The position numbers and the translations under genes are program-made. From the IMG/VR virus record IMGVR_UViG_3300031414_000005: a stretch of DNA of 64,000 bases. One strand, written 5' to 3'. The stretch's first letter is position 1. The number at the start of each line of letters is the position of its first letter. This stretch comes from a virus. Lineage: Duplodnaviria > Caudoviricetes. The notes under the pieces are model-generated. The model made no database searches and was not told the DNA's origin. It saw only the letters and a program-made list of their open reading frames with translations. Below, piece after piece: positions 19,906 through 29,553 of the stretch.

Positions 19906-20518
19906 CCTGCCAACCCCACGCTGGTTTACCGGCGTGGGTGCCACCGACATCACCGAAGATGAACAACGTCTGTGCAGCAAGATCGCCTACGTGCTGTGTT
20001 CCTTTGGTGGTTATGCCTTGCGCAGTGGTAAAGCACCGGGTGCTGACCAGGCGTTCCAGCGCGGTATGGAACGCGCAGAGTCCGTGCCGGGTTATGTGCC
20101 GGCGGACCATGAGATCTACCTGCCGTGGGAACAGTTTGAGAGTCACGCCAAAGTCAGTAACAAGTATGACATCTGGGAACTCGAAGAATTGAAGGAAACC
20201 ATGCGGATTGCCTCAGAAACCCACCCGGCCTACCAGAACCTCAAACCGGGGCAGCTGGCGTTTCATCATCGCAACATTCACCAGACCCTGGGGCGTCGGT
20301 TAGACCAACCGTCTGACTTCGTGTTGTACTGCGCCAAAGATGGGAAGGATGGGCTACCGGAAGGCGGGACCCGTACTGCGGTGAAAGTGGCGGTGGACCG
20401 CGGTATCCCGGTGTTTAACATGCGGGGTAAACGTTACGAAGAAGTCATTCACTGGGTCAAAGGGGTGATTGATAAGAAGTACAACCTGAATCAGGACGAT
20501 GGCGGGGTGGTGGTATGA
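19892..20518 (+). CDS. SLOG-superfamily (DprA/Smf-like) nucleotide-binding protein
   Basis: FTGVGA..., LRSGKAPGADQAF, DFVLY, GGTRTAV.VA....IPVFN. Confidence 0.75.
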   Translation: MDTTNLPTPRWFTGVGATDITEDEQRLCSKIAYVLCSFGGYALRSGKAPGADQAFQRGMERAESVPGYVPADHEIYLPWEQFESHAKVSNKYDIWELEELKETMRIASETHPAYQNLKPGQLAFHHRNIHQTLGRRLDQPSDFVLYCAKDGKDGLPEGGTRTAVKVAVDRGIPVFNMRGKRYEEVIHWVKGVIDKKYNLNQDDGGVVV

Positions 20519-20835
20519 ACATCTATTTAGTCAGGCGGACGGACAGTTTCGGGGTTAACAGCTTTGTCGAGTTTGTGGTCATTGCGCCTGATGCCGACAC
20601 CGCGCGCAACACCTGCCCGATTGCCTACAAAGACGGTGATTATAATGTGGGTGATCTGGAGGCGGGTCAGGAACTGAATGGTCGGGTCAATGCGTTGGCC
20701 TGGTTGGACGACCCTCATGATCAGTGGGTGGGCATTGGGGACATTGACAGCAACCTTACTGTTGAACTGTTGGGTGCCGCCACCAAAGAAAAAGCTTACT
20801 GGCACATCGCCAGTTTTAACTACATCGAGCCCTAA
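20515..20835 (+). CDS. hypothetical phage protein
   Basis: ATGA-coupled ORF; MNIYLVRR...VVIA...AR pattern. Confidence 0.65.
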   Translation: MNIYLVRRTDSFGVNSFVEFVVIAPDADTARNTCPIAYKDGDYNVGDLEAGQELNGRVNALAWLDDPHDQWVGIGDIDSNLTVELLGAATKEKAYWHIASFNYIEP

Positions 20836-20862
20836 CAAGGGCTCTATCAGGATTAAATTCTA

Positions 20863-21651
20863 ATGTCAAAGATTATTGCGATTACCAAAGCACAAACCGC
20901 CACGGCTGCGATTCAGCATTTTGGCCATAACAACGTCAAGGAAGTGGATCTCTCTAACTTCCCGCAGTGCAAGCTTCCATCCATTGCAGTTAAGTACATC
21001 CAGCGCCAGGTCAAAGAAGGTATCTCGTACATCGTGGTGCCTCAGGATGTGGCGTTACTGGCGGCGTTGGACGAAGCGGAAGTCGAATACACCAAGACCA
21101 CCGAAAACGACTCCTTGTTAAAGTTAATCCATCGCATTGAAGTACCGGAGATCGATCTCGCAGGTGCAATCCCTTCCCCCGCTATTTACCCTGAACTCAC
21201 TGGCGGCATGGTGGTGTATGTGGACGACATTCGTGATCCACGGCGTTTTCTGAAACCCGAGCAATGCAAAGATGTGTGGTGGGCGAAACACTGGTTCGCT
21301 GCCAAGAACTTCTTGTTCGAACATGAAGCGGAAATCGAAGTCCTGCACCTCGATCATTACCTGGGTAATGAAGAAGGCCTGTTGGTCGAACACATCGTGG
21401 ACGGGGAGCTGGTTGACACCAGTACACATATCGAGAACACCCGTGGGCACACGCGTGACCGCCGCCACACCGGTGCCGACTTGTTCCACATGGTCGTCTC
21501 GTACCGTCAACGGGGACGGATGTTCGCTAACCTGAAGTGTATCTACCTACACTCCAACGCTCGTGAGATCACGGCTAAACTCATGAACGAATACCAGGAT
21601 GAACTGGGGAAACTGGGGATCGCGTTAATCCAAAACCCGCAGGAGTGGTGA
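20863..21651 (+). CDS. protein with a C-terminal cyclic-phosphate-processing receiver (cREC)-like domain
   Basis: YVDDIRDP, LHLDHYLG, TGADL, IYLHSN motifs. Confidence 0.7.
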   Translation: MSKIIAITKAQTATAAIQHFGHNNVKEVDLSNFPQCKLPSIAVKYIQRQVKEGISYIVVPQDVALLAALDEAEVEYTKTTENDSLLKLIHRIEVPEIDLAGAIPSPAIYPELTGGMVVYVDDIRDPRRFLKPEQCKDVWWAKHWFAAKNFLFEHEAEIEVLHLDHYLGNEEGLLVEHIVDGELVDTSTHIENTRGHTRDRRHTGADLFHMVVSYRQRGRMFANLKCIYLHSNAREITAKLMNEYQDELGKLGIALIQNPQEW

Positions 21652-21652
21652 T

Positions 21653-22243
21653 ATGGACCAACTACCAGAGTATCAAACTGACCACGTCATTAATCACATC
21701 TTTATTAATGATGATTTTGTATTGATTGCAGAACGGGCGTACACTCCAGGTCCTGATACACAGCCTGGAGATATGACCAAAATGTTGGATGCCATCTCTT
21801 TGCAACCGGCATGGATTTTCGATTGGGGTGTTAACCCGGCTGTGGCGTTTCTCCCCTTTGAGAAAGTCCTTGAAAAAGATAACGACCGGAAAATAGTCCT
21901 TTCTGCGGGGGTTTACGTCTACCGCGATGGTGGCATTGTTCAATTAGACAAAGATGCGTTGTCTGTCACTGTAGGTTCTGTTCCGAAAGGAAACACCTAC
22001 CATAACTTGTCGGCCGAACATTACAGTCACCCCGATACAATGATGTCGCTGGAAGCTTGCTTTGCGTCATTCAAAGGCCCAACCCAACGTGTGCAACAAC
22101 TTGGTTTCCTGGCGGGTAGTTTTAACGAATTTGCTTTCTTCAAACACGGGCTTTGGTTTCAGCGCTTGATGATCATCGACCGGGTGAGTAATCTCCATGA
22201 TGAACTCACCCCGAAAGGTTTTGTTAAATATAACAGGGGGTAA
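21653..22243 (+). CDS. hypothetical protein
   Basis: ORF directly after the upstream stop; GGAG RBS. Confidence 0.65.
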   Translation: MDQLPEYQTDHVINHIFINDDFVLIAERAYTPGPDTQPGDMTKMLDAISLQPAWIFDWGVNPAVAFLPFEKVLEKDNDRKIVLSAGVYVYRDGGIVQLDKDALSVTVGSVPKGNTYHNLSAEHYSHPDTMMSLEACFASFKGPTQRVQQLGFLAGSFNEFAFFKHGLWFQRLMIIDRVSNLHDELTPKGFVKYNRG

Positions 22244-22248
22244 TTCTC

Positions 22249-22587
22249 TTGGCCTACAGTACCTCTGCGGTGCTGGAATGTCGTGAAACAGCCGAGTACG
22301 TCTCAAACGAATTGTTTCGTCTCGGCTACCGCGGCTTTACCGAAGCACTGATCTTTGAAATGGCCGTCTACATGTTGGGTGGCCTGAGCCTCTACCATGT
22401 TATCCCCGAACACCTCCACGATCTACACAACCTCGAAGATTATGAACGTCTCGCCAATGACACCGCCGAAGAGATTGTCTGCTCGTTTCGGCGGATGTAC
22501 ACCAAAGGGTTTATGACCGACCTCCATCTAAAATCGTACACACATCCGGGAATCTTACATGTCACATTTAATGTGAATGGTTGCTAG
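22249..22587 (+). CDS. hypothetical protein
   Basis: TTG start after AGGGG; fills the gap. Confidence 0.55.
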   Translation: MAYSTSAVLECRETAEYVSNELFRLGYRGFTEALIFEMAVYMLGGLSLYHVIPEHLHDLHNLEDYERLANDTAEEIVCSFRRMYTKGFMTDLHLKSYTHPGILHVTFNVNGC

Positions 22588-22639
22588 TCTCCCCACTCGT
22601 ATGAGTGTGGCATAATTTTAACTAACAGAAGGAGTCATT

Positions 22640-22954
22640 GTGGTCAGTACCTTGCTCTCTAAATACGTCGGTTTGGTTGCCTGGTCAATCAACGGGTTTG
22701 CGTTGGACTTACATTTTGATACGGACATTGAAACCACGTCACCCGAACGACAACTACAGTTACACATCACCGCGATTGATGAAGAGCAAACGCAGATTAA
22801 GGTGGCAGGTCGGACACGGGATGTGCCTTTGGATCTTGGGGTGTACCGTCGGAATCCGCAAGGTCAGTGGGAGGTACAACCGGAATCAGCCTGCTTGATG
22901 GAGGAACGGGCAACCGGCTTAATTGCCGCCCGGATTGATAACTGGTTGGAGTGA
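22640..22954 (+). CDS. hypothetical protein
   Basis: GTG start with AAGGAG RBS. Confidence 0.65.
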   Translation: MVSTLLSKYVGLVAWSINGFALDLHFDTDIETTSPERQLQLHITAIDEEQTQIKVAGRTRDVPLDLGVYRRNPQGQWEVQPESACLMEERATGLIAARIDNWLE

Positions 22955-22957
22955 GTA

Positions 22958-23287
22958 ATGAAAGATGTGATCGATATCGACCACGTCTCCTGCTTCTGTG
23001 CAGCGCGTGCTGCACAGATGTTTCTCCCTGAGCAAGAGACATTAGCCATTTATATTCACCTTGGCTACAAAGATGAAGGGTTGTTACGTCGTCGGGGATA
23101 CACCCTGTACGCGGTAGGCCCGGTGTGCTGTATTCCGCTCGGCAGCTATGAGCGCAGTGAACTCGGCTGGAAATGTGTGAAGCGCCCAGCTGATCTCACT
23201 GATCCCATGGAACAGGTGATCAAAGCGAACCTCGATCATTGGCACCAGGTCGCAGACCGTGGTTATCACATGAGCGGGGTGGTGTGA
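22958..23287 (+). CDS. hypothetical protein
   Basis: ORF with GGAG RBS in an operon-like packing. Confidence 0.6.
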   Translation: MKDVIDIDHVSCFCAARAAQMFLPEQETLAIYIHLGYKDEGLLRRRGYTLYAVGPVCCIPLGSYERSELGWKCVKRPADLTDPMEQVIKANLDHWHQVADRGYHMSGVV

Positions 23288-23739
23288 TGGATCGCATACA
23301 GGCGTTGTTACGCAGTGTGGATAAAGGGGTGGATCCCAAACAGGTCCCGGTGATCGATAAAGGAGACACCTGGTTTACCCGTTGGGATTACGAACGTCTG
23401 CTGGGTAACCTTCAGATTGTGTGTCCGTTGGATGCCTTTACGGCCACGGCGATGAAACTGGATACCATTCCCGGGTTAGAAGGCGATGAAATCTGGTTGG
23501 TTGATCTGGTGTTTGCTGAACCCCAGCGCAACATCAAAGAACTGGTGTGCTTGTACGTGAAACCGCGTTATGGGGTGCACGTGGTTAAACTGATCGCCTG
23601 GTGCGCAGATGGTAAATTGAGTCAGACCGCGCCACTTGCCCGAATGGCATGGGAATCTTACGAGCGTATTCGCGCACTCGTAGACCGCCTGTGTGCAGGC
23701 AAGGAGGATGAACATGAACCCGCGAGCACCCACACATAA
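23287..23739 (+). CDS. hypothetical protein
   Basis: TGATG-coupled start MDRIQ. Confidence 0.6.
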   Translation: MDRIQALLRSVDKGVDPKQVPVIDKGDTWFTRWDYERLLGNLQIVCPLDAFTATAMKLDTIPGLEGDEIWLVDLVFAEPQRNIKELVCLYVKPRYGVHVVKLIAWCADGKLSQTAPLARMAWESYERIRALVDRLCAGKEDEHEPASTHT

Positions 23740-24061
23740 CCTGTTCATCCCCCACGAAGGTCGTCAGATCCAGGGGGTGTTGGTAACCTGGTTCAGTGTG
23801 TTGTTTACCCGTGATGTTTTAATGGCATTACGGGGTGATTGTCGCTACCCGAATAATAACACCCGTTTTCACTCGGTTGGGTTTGCGTATGGGTGTAGCT
23901 TAAGTGACTGCGCCAAACACATCCCGGATTGTGAGGTCCATCTTAACCCCACGACCCATCAGGTCCATGTGACACACCAGGGGCACTTATTGGTGTCAGT
24001 GTCGCAAGACCTGGTACTGAATTTCATTGCAGCGATGTTGTCGCTCGACAGCATGACTTAA
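23714..24061 (+). CDS. hypothetical protein
   Basis: AAGGAGG RBS before MNPRAP. Confidence 0.6.
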   Translation: MNPRAPTHNLFIPHEGRQIQGVLVTWFSVLFTRDVLMALRGDCRYPNNNTRFHSVGFAYGCSLSDCAKHIPDCEVHLNPTTHQVHVTHQGHLLVSVSQDLVLNFIAAMLSLDSMT

Positions 24062-24073
24062 AAGGATAGCAAG

Positions 24074-24361
24074 ATGGCCAAATTTGTGTGTCAGGTTAAA
24101 GCCCTGATCATGCAGGGGCGGTGGCATTTAGATTTCAGCGAACTGGGTGACGCCAAGATCTATATCGGACCGACCCCTAACCCCTATGGCGATTACCGTG
24201 CCGTAGAGGTGTTTGCTTTGATTAACGGTGCCCGGCTTGAGCTGGGTGTTTACATTGAATACGACAAACAGTGGACGGCGCTTGGGAGCGGTGAGATACC
24301 GTCTCAGATTTCACCGTCTACCCGTGAAGAAGTCTTGAAACGATTAGGGAGTTGGGCATGA
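24074..24361 (+). CDS. hypothetical protein
   Basis: AAGGA RBS. Confidence 0.6.
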   Translation: MAKFVCQVKALIMQGRWHLDFSELGDAKIYIGPTPNPYGDYRAVEVFALINGARLELGVYIEYDKQWTALGSGEIPSQISPSTREEVLKRLGSWA

Positions 24362-24729
24362 TCAATATGCAGACCACTGGCGATAAAAAGCAGGTGGGTA
24401 AAGGAACCTATCAGAACAACGATGGGTTGATTGACATCACGTTTGCCGATGACGGCGATGAAACCATCTTTGCACAACCGCTGGAAGCCGGCGGGCGTGA
24501 CATGTGGTGGTTGTGGTCCGAGTACGAAGTGGATGTGGAAGGCCCGGAAGACGAAGACGGCAAACCGACCACGGTAAAAGAAACCCGTACCCGTGAACTG
24601 GGTGCCTTTACCCGCTGGAACAATGGCGAAGACTTCCGTCCGTACACCATTCCCTACAGCAGTGGCACCGGCGTGAACCAACGCACCAACGCCCGTATCG
24701 TCGACGCGTTACCTGGCTGGATTAAGTAA
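24358..24729 (+). CDS. hypothetical protein
   Basis: ATGA-coupled start; terminator follows. Confidence 0.65.
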   Translation: MINMQTTGDKKQVGKGTYQNNDGLIDITFADDGDETIFAQPLEAGGRDMWWLWSEYEVDVEGPEDEDGKPTTVKETRTRELGAFTRWNNGEDFRPYTIPYSSGTGVNQRTNARIVDALPGWIK

Positions 24730-24736
24730 CCAAAAC

Positions 24737-24764
24737 AAAGGGATGGGTAAAACCGTCCCTTTTT
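24737..24764 (+). terminator. intrinsic terminator
   Basis: AAAGGGATGG-GTAAAA-CCGTCCCTTT then TT. Confidence 0.8.
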
Positions 24765-24822
24765 ACATGCTTCCCTGTTCTATGAACCGAGCTGTTATCT
24801 TTTTCAATTAACGAGGTGTCTC

Positions 24823-25077
24823 ATGAGTAACGCTGTTCGTATTACCGTAGAAGGCCAAGACCCGGCCGCCGTTCGCACGGTTGTCAATGCGTTGTCAATC
24901 CTGTTGAGTGACAGTAACAGTGTCACCACGATCGAAAATCAGGACGGTGACGAGTTCGATACGGTCGAATACGCCAAACTGACCGAAGAGGCCGTGATGG
25001 AAGCCGGTGGTGACGAAGGTCTTCAACTCGAAGACCTGTCAATTACCCTGGTTGAGCATATCACCTTCGAGGGCTAA
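24823..25077 (+). CDS. small acidic protein, distant member of the mini-P-loop-like family (cf. 35669, 41261)
   Basis: GAGGT RBS; VRITVEGQDPAAVRT strand-loop-helix pattern. Confidence 0.6.
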   Translation: MSNAVRITVEGQDPAAVRTVVNALSILLSDSNSVTTIENQDGDEFDTVEYAKLTEEAVMEAGGDEGLQLEDLSITLVEHITFEG

Positions 25078-25080
25078 GGA

Positions 25081-25509
25081 ATGACGTTGTCCATGAATGG
25101 GACAATCGAACGTCGTATGCCGAACGGTGACTGGGTGGCTCTTGCGCTACCCAGCGCCTTTTTTGACGAACTCGATGCCAGCAAAATTGCAGGGTGGTTA
25201 ACCGGCAACTATAACCACCATGACATCCCGTCTATTTACCCGGATGCCACACAGGACGTGATCGGGGACGTATACACCACGTACTTGATCCCCCTCGGGC
25301 AGTTGGCCCGTTTCAATTACACACAGCCTGTCGAAGACCGACTTGATTACACCGGCAAACGCACCGAACCATTACCGGTGGGACGCGGGCGCAAGACCAC
25401 ATACGAGGCTTTGTTTGGTGAGGCCTGGATGCGGCGAGTCGCCTACTTCCGTCAATGCAACCCTAATTATCGACTACGGTGTTGGTTCTACACCCCTGTC
25501 CAGGAGTGA
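25081..25509 (+). CDS. hypothetical protein
   Basis: ORF in operon. Confidence 0.6.
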   Translation: MTLSMNGTIERRMPNGDWVALALPSAFFDELDASKIAGWLTGNYNHHDIPSIYPDATQDVIGDVYTTYLIPLGQLARFNYTQPVEDRLDYTGKRTEPLPVGRGRKTTYEALFGEAWMRRVAYFRQCNPNYRLRCWFYTPVQE

Positions 25510-25511
25510 GC

Positions 25512-26042
25512 ATGTTTTCCATTAACCCCAACTGCGAAGAAATTGTTTTCAACAAAGATTTCCACTTTAGTTTGTCCCATCTTGATATTCACCTGGTCCG
25601 CACCTGGATGCTCGGCAATATTCTGCAAGGCGGGAAAGCGGTGGCCGTGTTTAACCGTCACGACCCGTTTACGGAAACCCGGGTCAGCTTTGTGTACAAA
25701 CCGGTAGAAGGTGTGCCGGAAGACGAGTTGATTGCTAAAGGGATCTTTGAAATCGTGATCGGTGAGCGGGCAGTAAAACTGGAGGTACCTTTCCATGTCA
25801 GCGGGTTTATTGACTCGCTGGGTCAGGCCATTGCCAGTGAGCGTTACCCGTTCCATCCCTACAGTGAGTTCCGTCAAGCCCGACAACGCAATGACGTGTA
25901 CTTCCTGGCGTTAGGGCATACCTTTATTGCTGGCCATGATATCTTTTGTTTTGGTGAACCGCAGGGCTGGAATGAAATCCACCTCAACGGTCAAACCCCC
26001 GAAGACACGTGGGTGCAACGTGTTGATATCACGATCGAATGA
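25512..26042 (+). CDS. hypothetical protein
   Basis: CAGGAG RBS before MFSINP. Confidence 0.6.
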   Translation: MFSINPNCEEIVFNKDFHFSLSHLDIHLVRTWMLGNILQGGKAVAVFNRHDPFTETRVSFVYKPVEGVPEDELIAKGIFEIVIGERAVKLEVPFHVSGFIDSLGQAIASERYPFHPYSEFRQARQRNDVYFLALGHTFIAGHDIFCFGEPQGWNEIHLNGQTPEDTWVQRVDITIE

Positions 26043-26101
26043 TTTACCCCCGGGTTGGTCTATACCAACCCTTCCTTTACCTTGCTACAAGGATTCTTAC
26101 A

Positions 26102-26812
26102 ATGTTTAATATCGAAACAAAACTCGAATGGTGCCTGATCACGGACAAACACATCCATCAGCCGCAGTGGGCTAAACACCAGAAGATCAGCGTTAAGCTG
26201 GAACGGGCGGATGTTTATGCCATGCAACGGGCTTTTGTGCTGTACACCCAGTGTCAGGAAGATGTGGTGGTCGGTGGGCAATACAGCGTGACGGCGTCGC
26301 CGATGCATTCGAACGGTCAAAACGCGACCGGGTATTCCCCCGAAACCTCGGCACCCAAACTGGTTTACAGCGGCGTGCGTATGTTCTTCCAGCATTCAAC
26401 CCGAACGTTTATTATGCAGGTTTGGGAAGACGGTGAATGGGGTGTGGTGGTCGCTGAATTTGCTATTAGTCAGGTTCAGTTTGAAATCGTTCAAGCCAAC
26501 CGTTATCTGTTGGGGCATTCAGCGTTACCTGATGATGCGTTTCGTGAGAGCGAATGTCCTAACCTGACCAACCCAATGAACTGTCGGGTCGTCATCAGTC
26601 AACTCTCTTTCTTGGACTCTATTCCGCTTATAACGAAAGCGGGTGACACGACCATGGTGATGCGCACACACCAAAGGTCGTTGGGTGCAACTCAGTTACC
26701 CCACTTACACATGTATGTGCGTCACGAATTTGAAGACAGCGCGATCTGGTGGCCAACCCCCGATTTAAGCGGTGGTGAGATGCGCAAGTATAACGATGTT
26801 TCCGTCTTTTAA
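26102..26812 (+). CDS. hypothetical protein
   Basis: AAGGA RBS before MFNIETK. Confidence 0.6.
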   Translation: MFNIETKLEWCLITDKHIHQPQWAKHQKISVKLERADVYAMQRAFVLYTQCQEDVVVGGQYSVTASPMHSNGQNATGYSPETSAPKLVYSGVRMFFQHSTRTFIMQVWEDGEWGVVVAEFAISQVQFEIVQANRYLLGHSALPDDAFRESECPNLTNPMNCRVVISQLSFLDSIPLITKAGDTTMVMRTHQRSLGATQLPHLHMYVRHEFEDSAIWWPTPDLSGGEMRKYNDVSVF

Positions 26813-26820
26813 TGTAATGG

Positions 26821-27489
26821 ATGTTTCTAATGAAAAAGATTAAATGGTTGTTCTTTGATGTTGACGACACCATGGTCGACACCGAAGGTGAAATCTGTCG
26901 TGTGGTGCTGGAACAGTTTGGCTTCACTTGCCCTCCGGATGTCTACCTGTGTCCCCTGACCACGGGTGGTCACCATGCACAAGTGCTGCGCGAAGCCCGG
27001 TTTATGGTGAACCCACCGTTACTGCCAGGCACTGCCGAGTTGTTCAAGTTGCTGCCGGCATTGCGTGCGAACGGGTTTAAGATCGGTATCATCACCCACC
27101 GCGGGTATCACGAAGAAGGGGAAACCCACACCAACAACATGCTGGATCAGTATGGGGTGCGGGATCAGTTCGATGATGTGATTGTGATTGACTTCAACAA
27201 ACACCCAGACAAAGTGGCCTTCCTGGAAAGCTATCTGGATGAAGGTGAGACTTTCACCCTGTTTGATGACCGTCCGCGGTTTGACCGCAATCACCCGTTG
27301 CCGGACAACGTGGTGGTGTTTGACCGGACCTGGAACCGTCACTTCACAGGTGGTCAACGCTGTTACAACCTGTTCACCTTTGTGGGTGCAATGTTGGAAG
27401 CCCGGTTAGCCCGTCGTGAAAAACTGGCGCAAATCCCACGGCCAAAGTACGGCTACAATAACGCTGGTCTGCGTCCAGACGAGAGCTGA
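26821..27489 (+). CDS. HAD-superfamily phosphatase (5'-nucleotidase-like)
   Basis: FFDVDDT motif I, IITHRG motif II, K, LFDDRP motif IV. Confidence 0.8.
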   Translation: MFLMKKIKWLFFDVDDTMVDTEGEICRVVLEQFGFTCPPDVYLCPLTTGGHHAQVLREARFMVNPPLLPGTAELFKLLPALRANGFKIGIITHRGYHEEGETHTNNMLDQYGVRDQFDDVIVIDFNKHPDKVAFLESYLDEGETFTLFDDRPRFDRNHPLPDNVVVFDRTWNRHFTGGQRCYNLFTFVGAMLEARLARREKLAQIPRPKYGYNNAGLRPDES

Positions 27490-27494
27490 CAGTG

Positions 27495-27530
27495 TAACGG
27501 TCCTGCAATTTTACGGGACCGTTATTTTTT
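27495..27530 (+). terminator. intrinsic terminator
   Basis: TAACGGTCC...GGACCGTTA then TTTTTT. Confidence 0.7.
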
Positions 27531-27544
27531 ATTGTGGGTTAGCT

Positions 27545-28108
27545 ATGGATGAAAACATCTTTTTTACTGCCGATGAACATTACGGGAGTAAGCGAACATT
27601 AGAAGTGACCCGGCGTCCGTTTACGTCGGTGGAAGAGATGGACAATGCAATGGTGGCTCGGGTGAATGATTTGCCGGAAAACGCCATTGTGTACCACGTG
27701 GGTGATTTTGGTCAGTATGAAACAGTGAAGCTGTTCCGGCCTGATATTAAGCATGTGTTGATCTTTGGTAATTACGAAGACTGGCATTTAAAAATTCACA
27801 AATCAGAGCAACATATGGGGATGGAGTTCGTCGATTATTTGTTGGACTTGGGGTTCAGTGCAATCCACTCCCTTGACCATCAAATTGAACTTTACCCTAA
27901 TGTTACGATGAATATGGTGCATAAACCCACAGAGGCTGACTTAAACAAGTTCAACCTCTTTGGTCATATTCATCGTTTGCAAATGGTGAAGCGGTTTGGT
28001 TTGAACGTGGGGGTCGACGTACACAAGTACCGTCCGGTCCCGTTGTCCACGGTACGGCATTATCATCACTTAATCGAATCGTTTTATGACGAAGATGTGT
28101 TCTGCTAA
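27545..28108 (+). CDS. calcineurin-like metallophosphoesterase
   Basis: ADEH, VGDFG, GNYE, HKP, FGHIH, NVGVD. Confidence 0.8.
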   Translation: MDENIFFTADEHYGSKRTLEVTRRPFTSVEEMDNAMVARVNDLPENAIVYHVGDFGQYETVKLFRPDIKHVLIFGNYEDWHLKIHKSEQHMGMEFVDYLLDLGFSAIHSLDHQIELYPNVTMNMVHKPTEADLNKFNLFGHIHRLQMVKRFGLNVGVDVHKYRPVPLSTVRHYHHLIESFYDEDVFC

Positions 28109-28121
28109 CTGAGGCTTTCCA

Positions 28122-28553
28122 ATGTCTGATATTGAAATTCTTGAGGTGTCTGCCCGCGACGTGGCAGCTTCGATACACGCGGTTCATCCTGGTGTACATT
28201 ACGCTGAGGATACCCATGGGTTCGATATCGACGATGAGGAGCTACGGTACTTCGTCTTTGATGATCCCGAAGTGTCTACAGTAGACTTTGTGGTGGCCGT
28301 CAGAATTGAAAGCGCCTTTGACGACTATGTCCGGGGTGTGAAATGGTGGGTGCTCCAGGGTGACCGATGGAATTACGGCGGGCTTCCTTCCGAGGTCCTG
28401 ATCTATGCCTTCGGCGAATGGGGTGCAAACCCAGGTCTGTCAGCCACCGGGTTGGCAGGTATCGATTCTGAAAGCTTTGCGGCGGATCTGAATATGCTCT
28501 TCGAACGGCTGGCTATTGTGTTCAAAGAGATAAACTGCACAGGAGTTGTTTAA
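28122..28553 (+). CDS. hypothetical protein
   Basis: GAGG RBS. Confidence 0.6.
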   Translation: MSDIEILEVSARDVAASIHAVHPGVHYAEDTHGFDIDDEELRYFVFDDPEVSTVDFVVAVRIESAFDDYVRGVKWWVLQGDRWNYGGLPSEVLIYAFGEWGANPGLSATGLAGIDSESFAADLNMLFERLAIVFKEINCTGVV

Positions 28554-29551
28554 TGGCTAACGAAAAAGAACTGGTGTTGCGTGGCAAACTGGCCCGACCG
28601 TTTACCGGGTTAGAGGGGACTGACTTCATTCAATTCGAACGTCATCTCCAGTTGCCAGAAGGTATGATCACCAACCGTTGTCGGGTCGAGTCTTACCGCA
28701 ACGAGCGGATCTACACCACTGCAACCAAGTACACCTTCAGCAAAGAAGGGAACACCAAGACGGCGTACGAGGTCCAGCAGTCGATTGACCCGGAAACGTT
28801 TGAAGTGATTGCTAACCTCTGTAATGAGCAAATCATCAAAACGCGTTACGAGCTACGCCGTCCGGAGTTCGTGCTGGAACTGGACATCTTCCGTGACATG
28901 GTGAACGGTGGTCTGTCTGACGGCTTTAAGATCGATATTGAAGGGGACTATGAACCCACTCAAGAAGAGATCGAAGCGCTGTTGGCGGAGTACAACGTGG
29001 AAGTCGAAGAGTGGTTAGACCCGGCGGCCTGGGGCGAGCGCTATAATGCAATCACCCGTATCTACAAAGACAAGCCACCGGTTGCGGCGGGGACAGAGGA
29101 TAACTCCGACACCACCGGCAACCACGACTTACCACCGGATGCGACCCCGCCGACCGACCAACCCGGTCTGGAGGGTCAGGACTCAGCGGTGCTGGATGAA
29201 GGGCTGGAGGCATTGGAAGCACTTGATCTGATCGCCCCGCTCCACAGCCAACATCTTGGTGATCCCGATCAGTCTGAACCGGCGGTAGGCGTTGAAGGTG
29301 TGGAAGACAACGGCGAGGCAACCCCTGGCCTGGAGTCTATCGAGCCAACGGATGAAGACGTCCGCACCCCAGCGGGCCGTATCCTGCGCGGTAATGAAGT
29401 CTATTCTGCGGAAGGGCTGCACATCGGGCATGTGGAGTCACCAGCGGAAGTCGAAGGTGAAGCAGTGGCCTCACTGGAAGCCTTAGCCGATGAACTCCCG
29501 GTGCCTGCGTCAACCCCTGCTGCTGAAGACGAGCACGACAACAAGGAGTAA
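28553..29551 (+). CDS. CYTH-like (triphosphate tunnel) protein with an acidic C-terminal tail
   Basis: N-terminal NEKEL (ExE), RCRV, IKTRY, LELDIF, IDIE; ~155-aa acidic Pro-rich tail. Confidence 0.65.
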   Translation: MANEKELVLRGKLARPFTGLEGTDFIQFERHLQLPEGMITNRCRVESYRNERIYTTATKYTFSKEGNTKTAYEVQQSIDPETFEVIANLCNEQIIKTRYELRRPEFVLELDIFRDMVNGGLSDGFKIDIEGDYEPTQEEIEALLAEYNVEVEEWLDPAAWGERYNAITRIYKDKPPVAAGTEDNSDTTGNHDLPPDATPPTDQPGLEGQDSAVLDEGLEALEALDLIAPLHSQHLGDPDQSEPAVGVEGVEDNGEATPGLESIEPTDEDVRTPAGRILRGNEVYSAEGLHIGHVESPAEVEGEAVASLEALADELPVPASTPAAEDEHDNKE

Positions 29552-29553
29552 CG

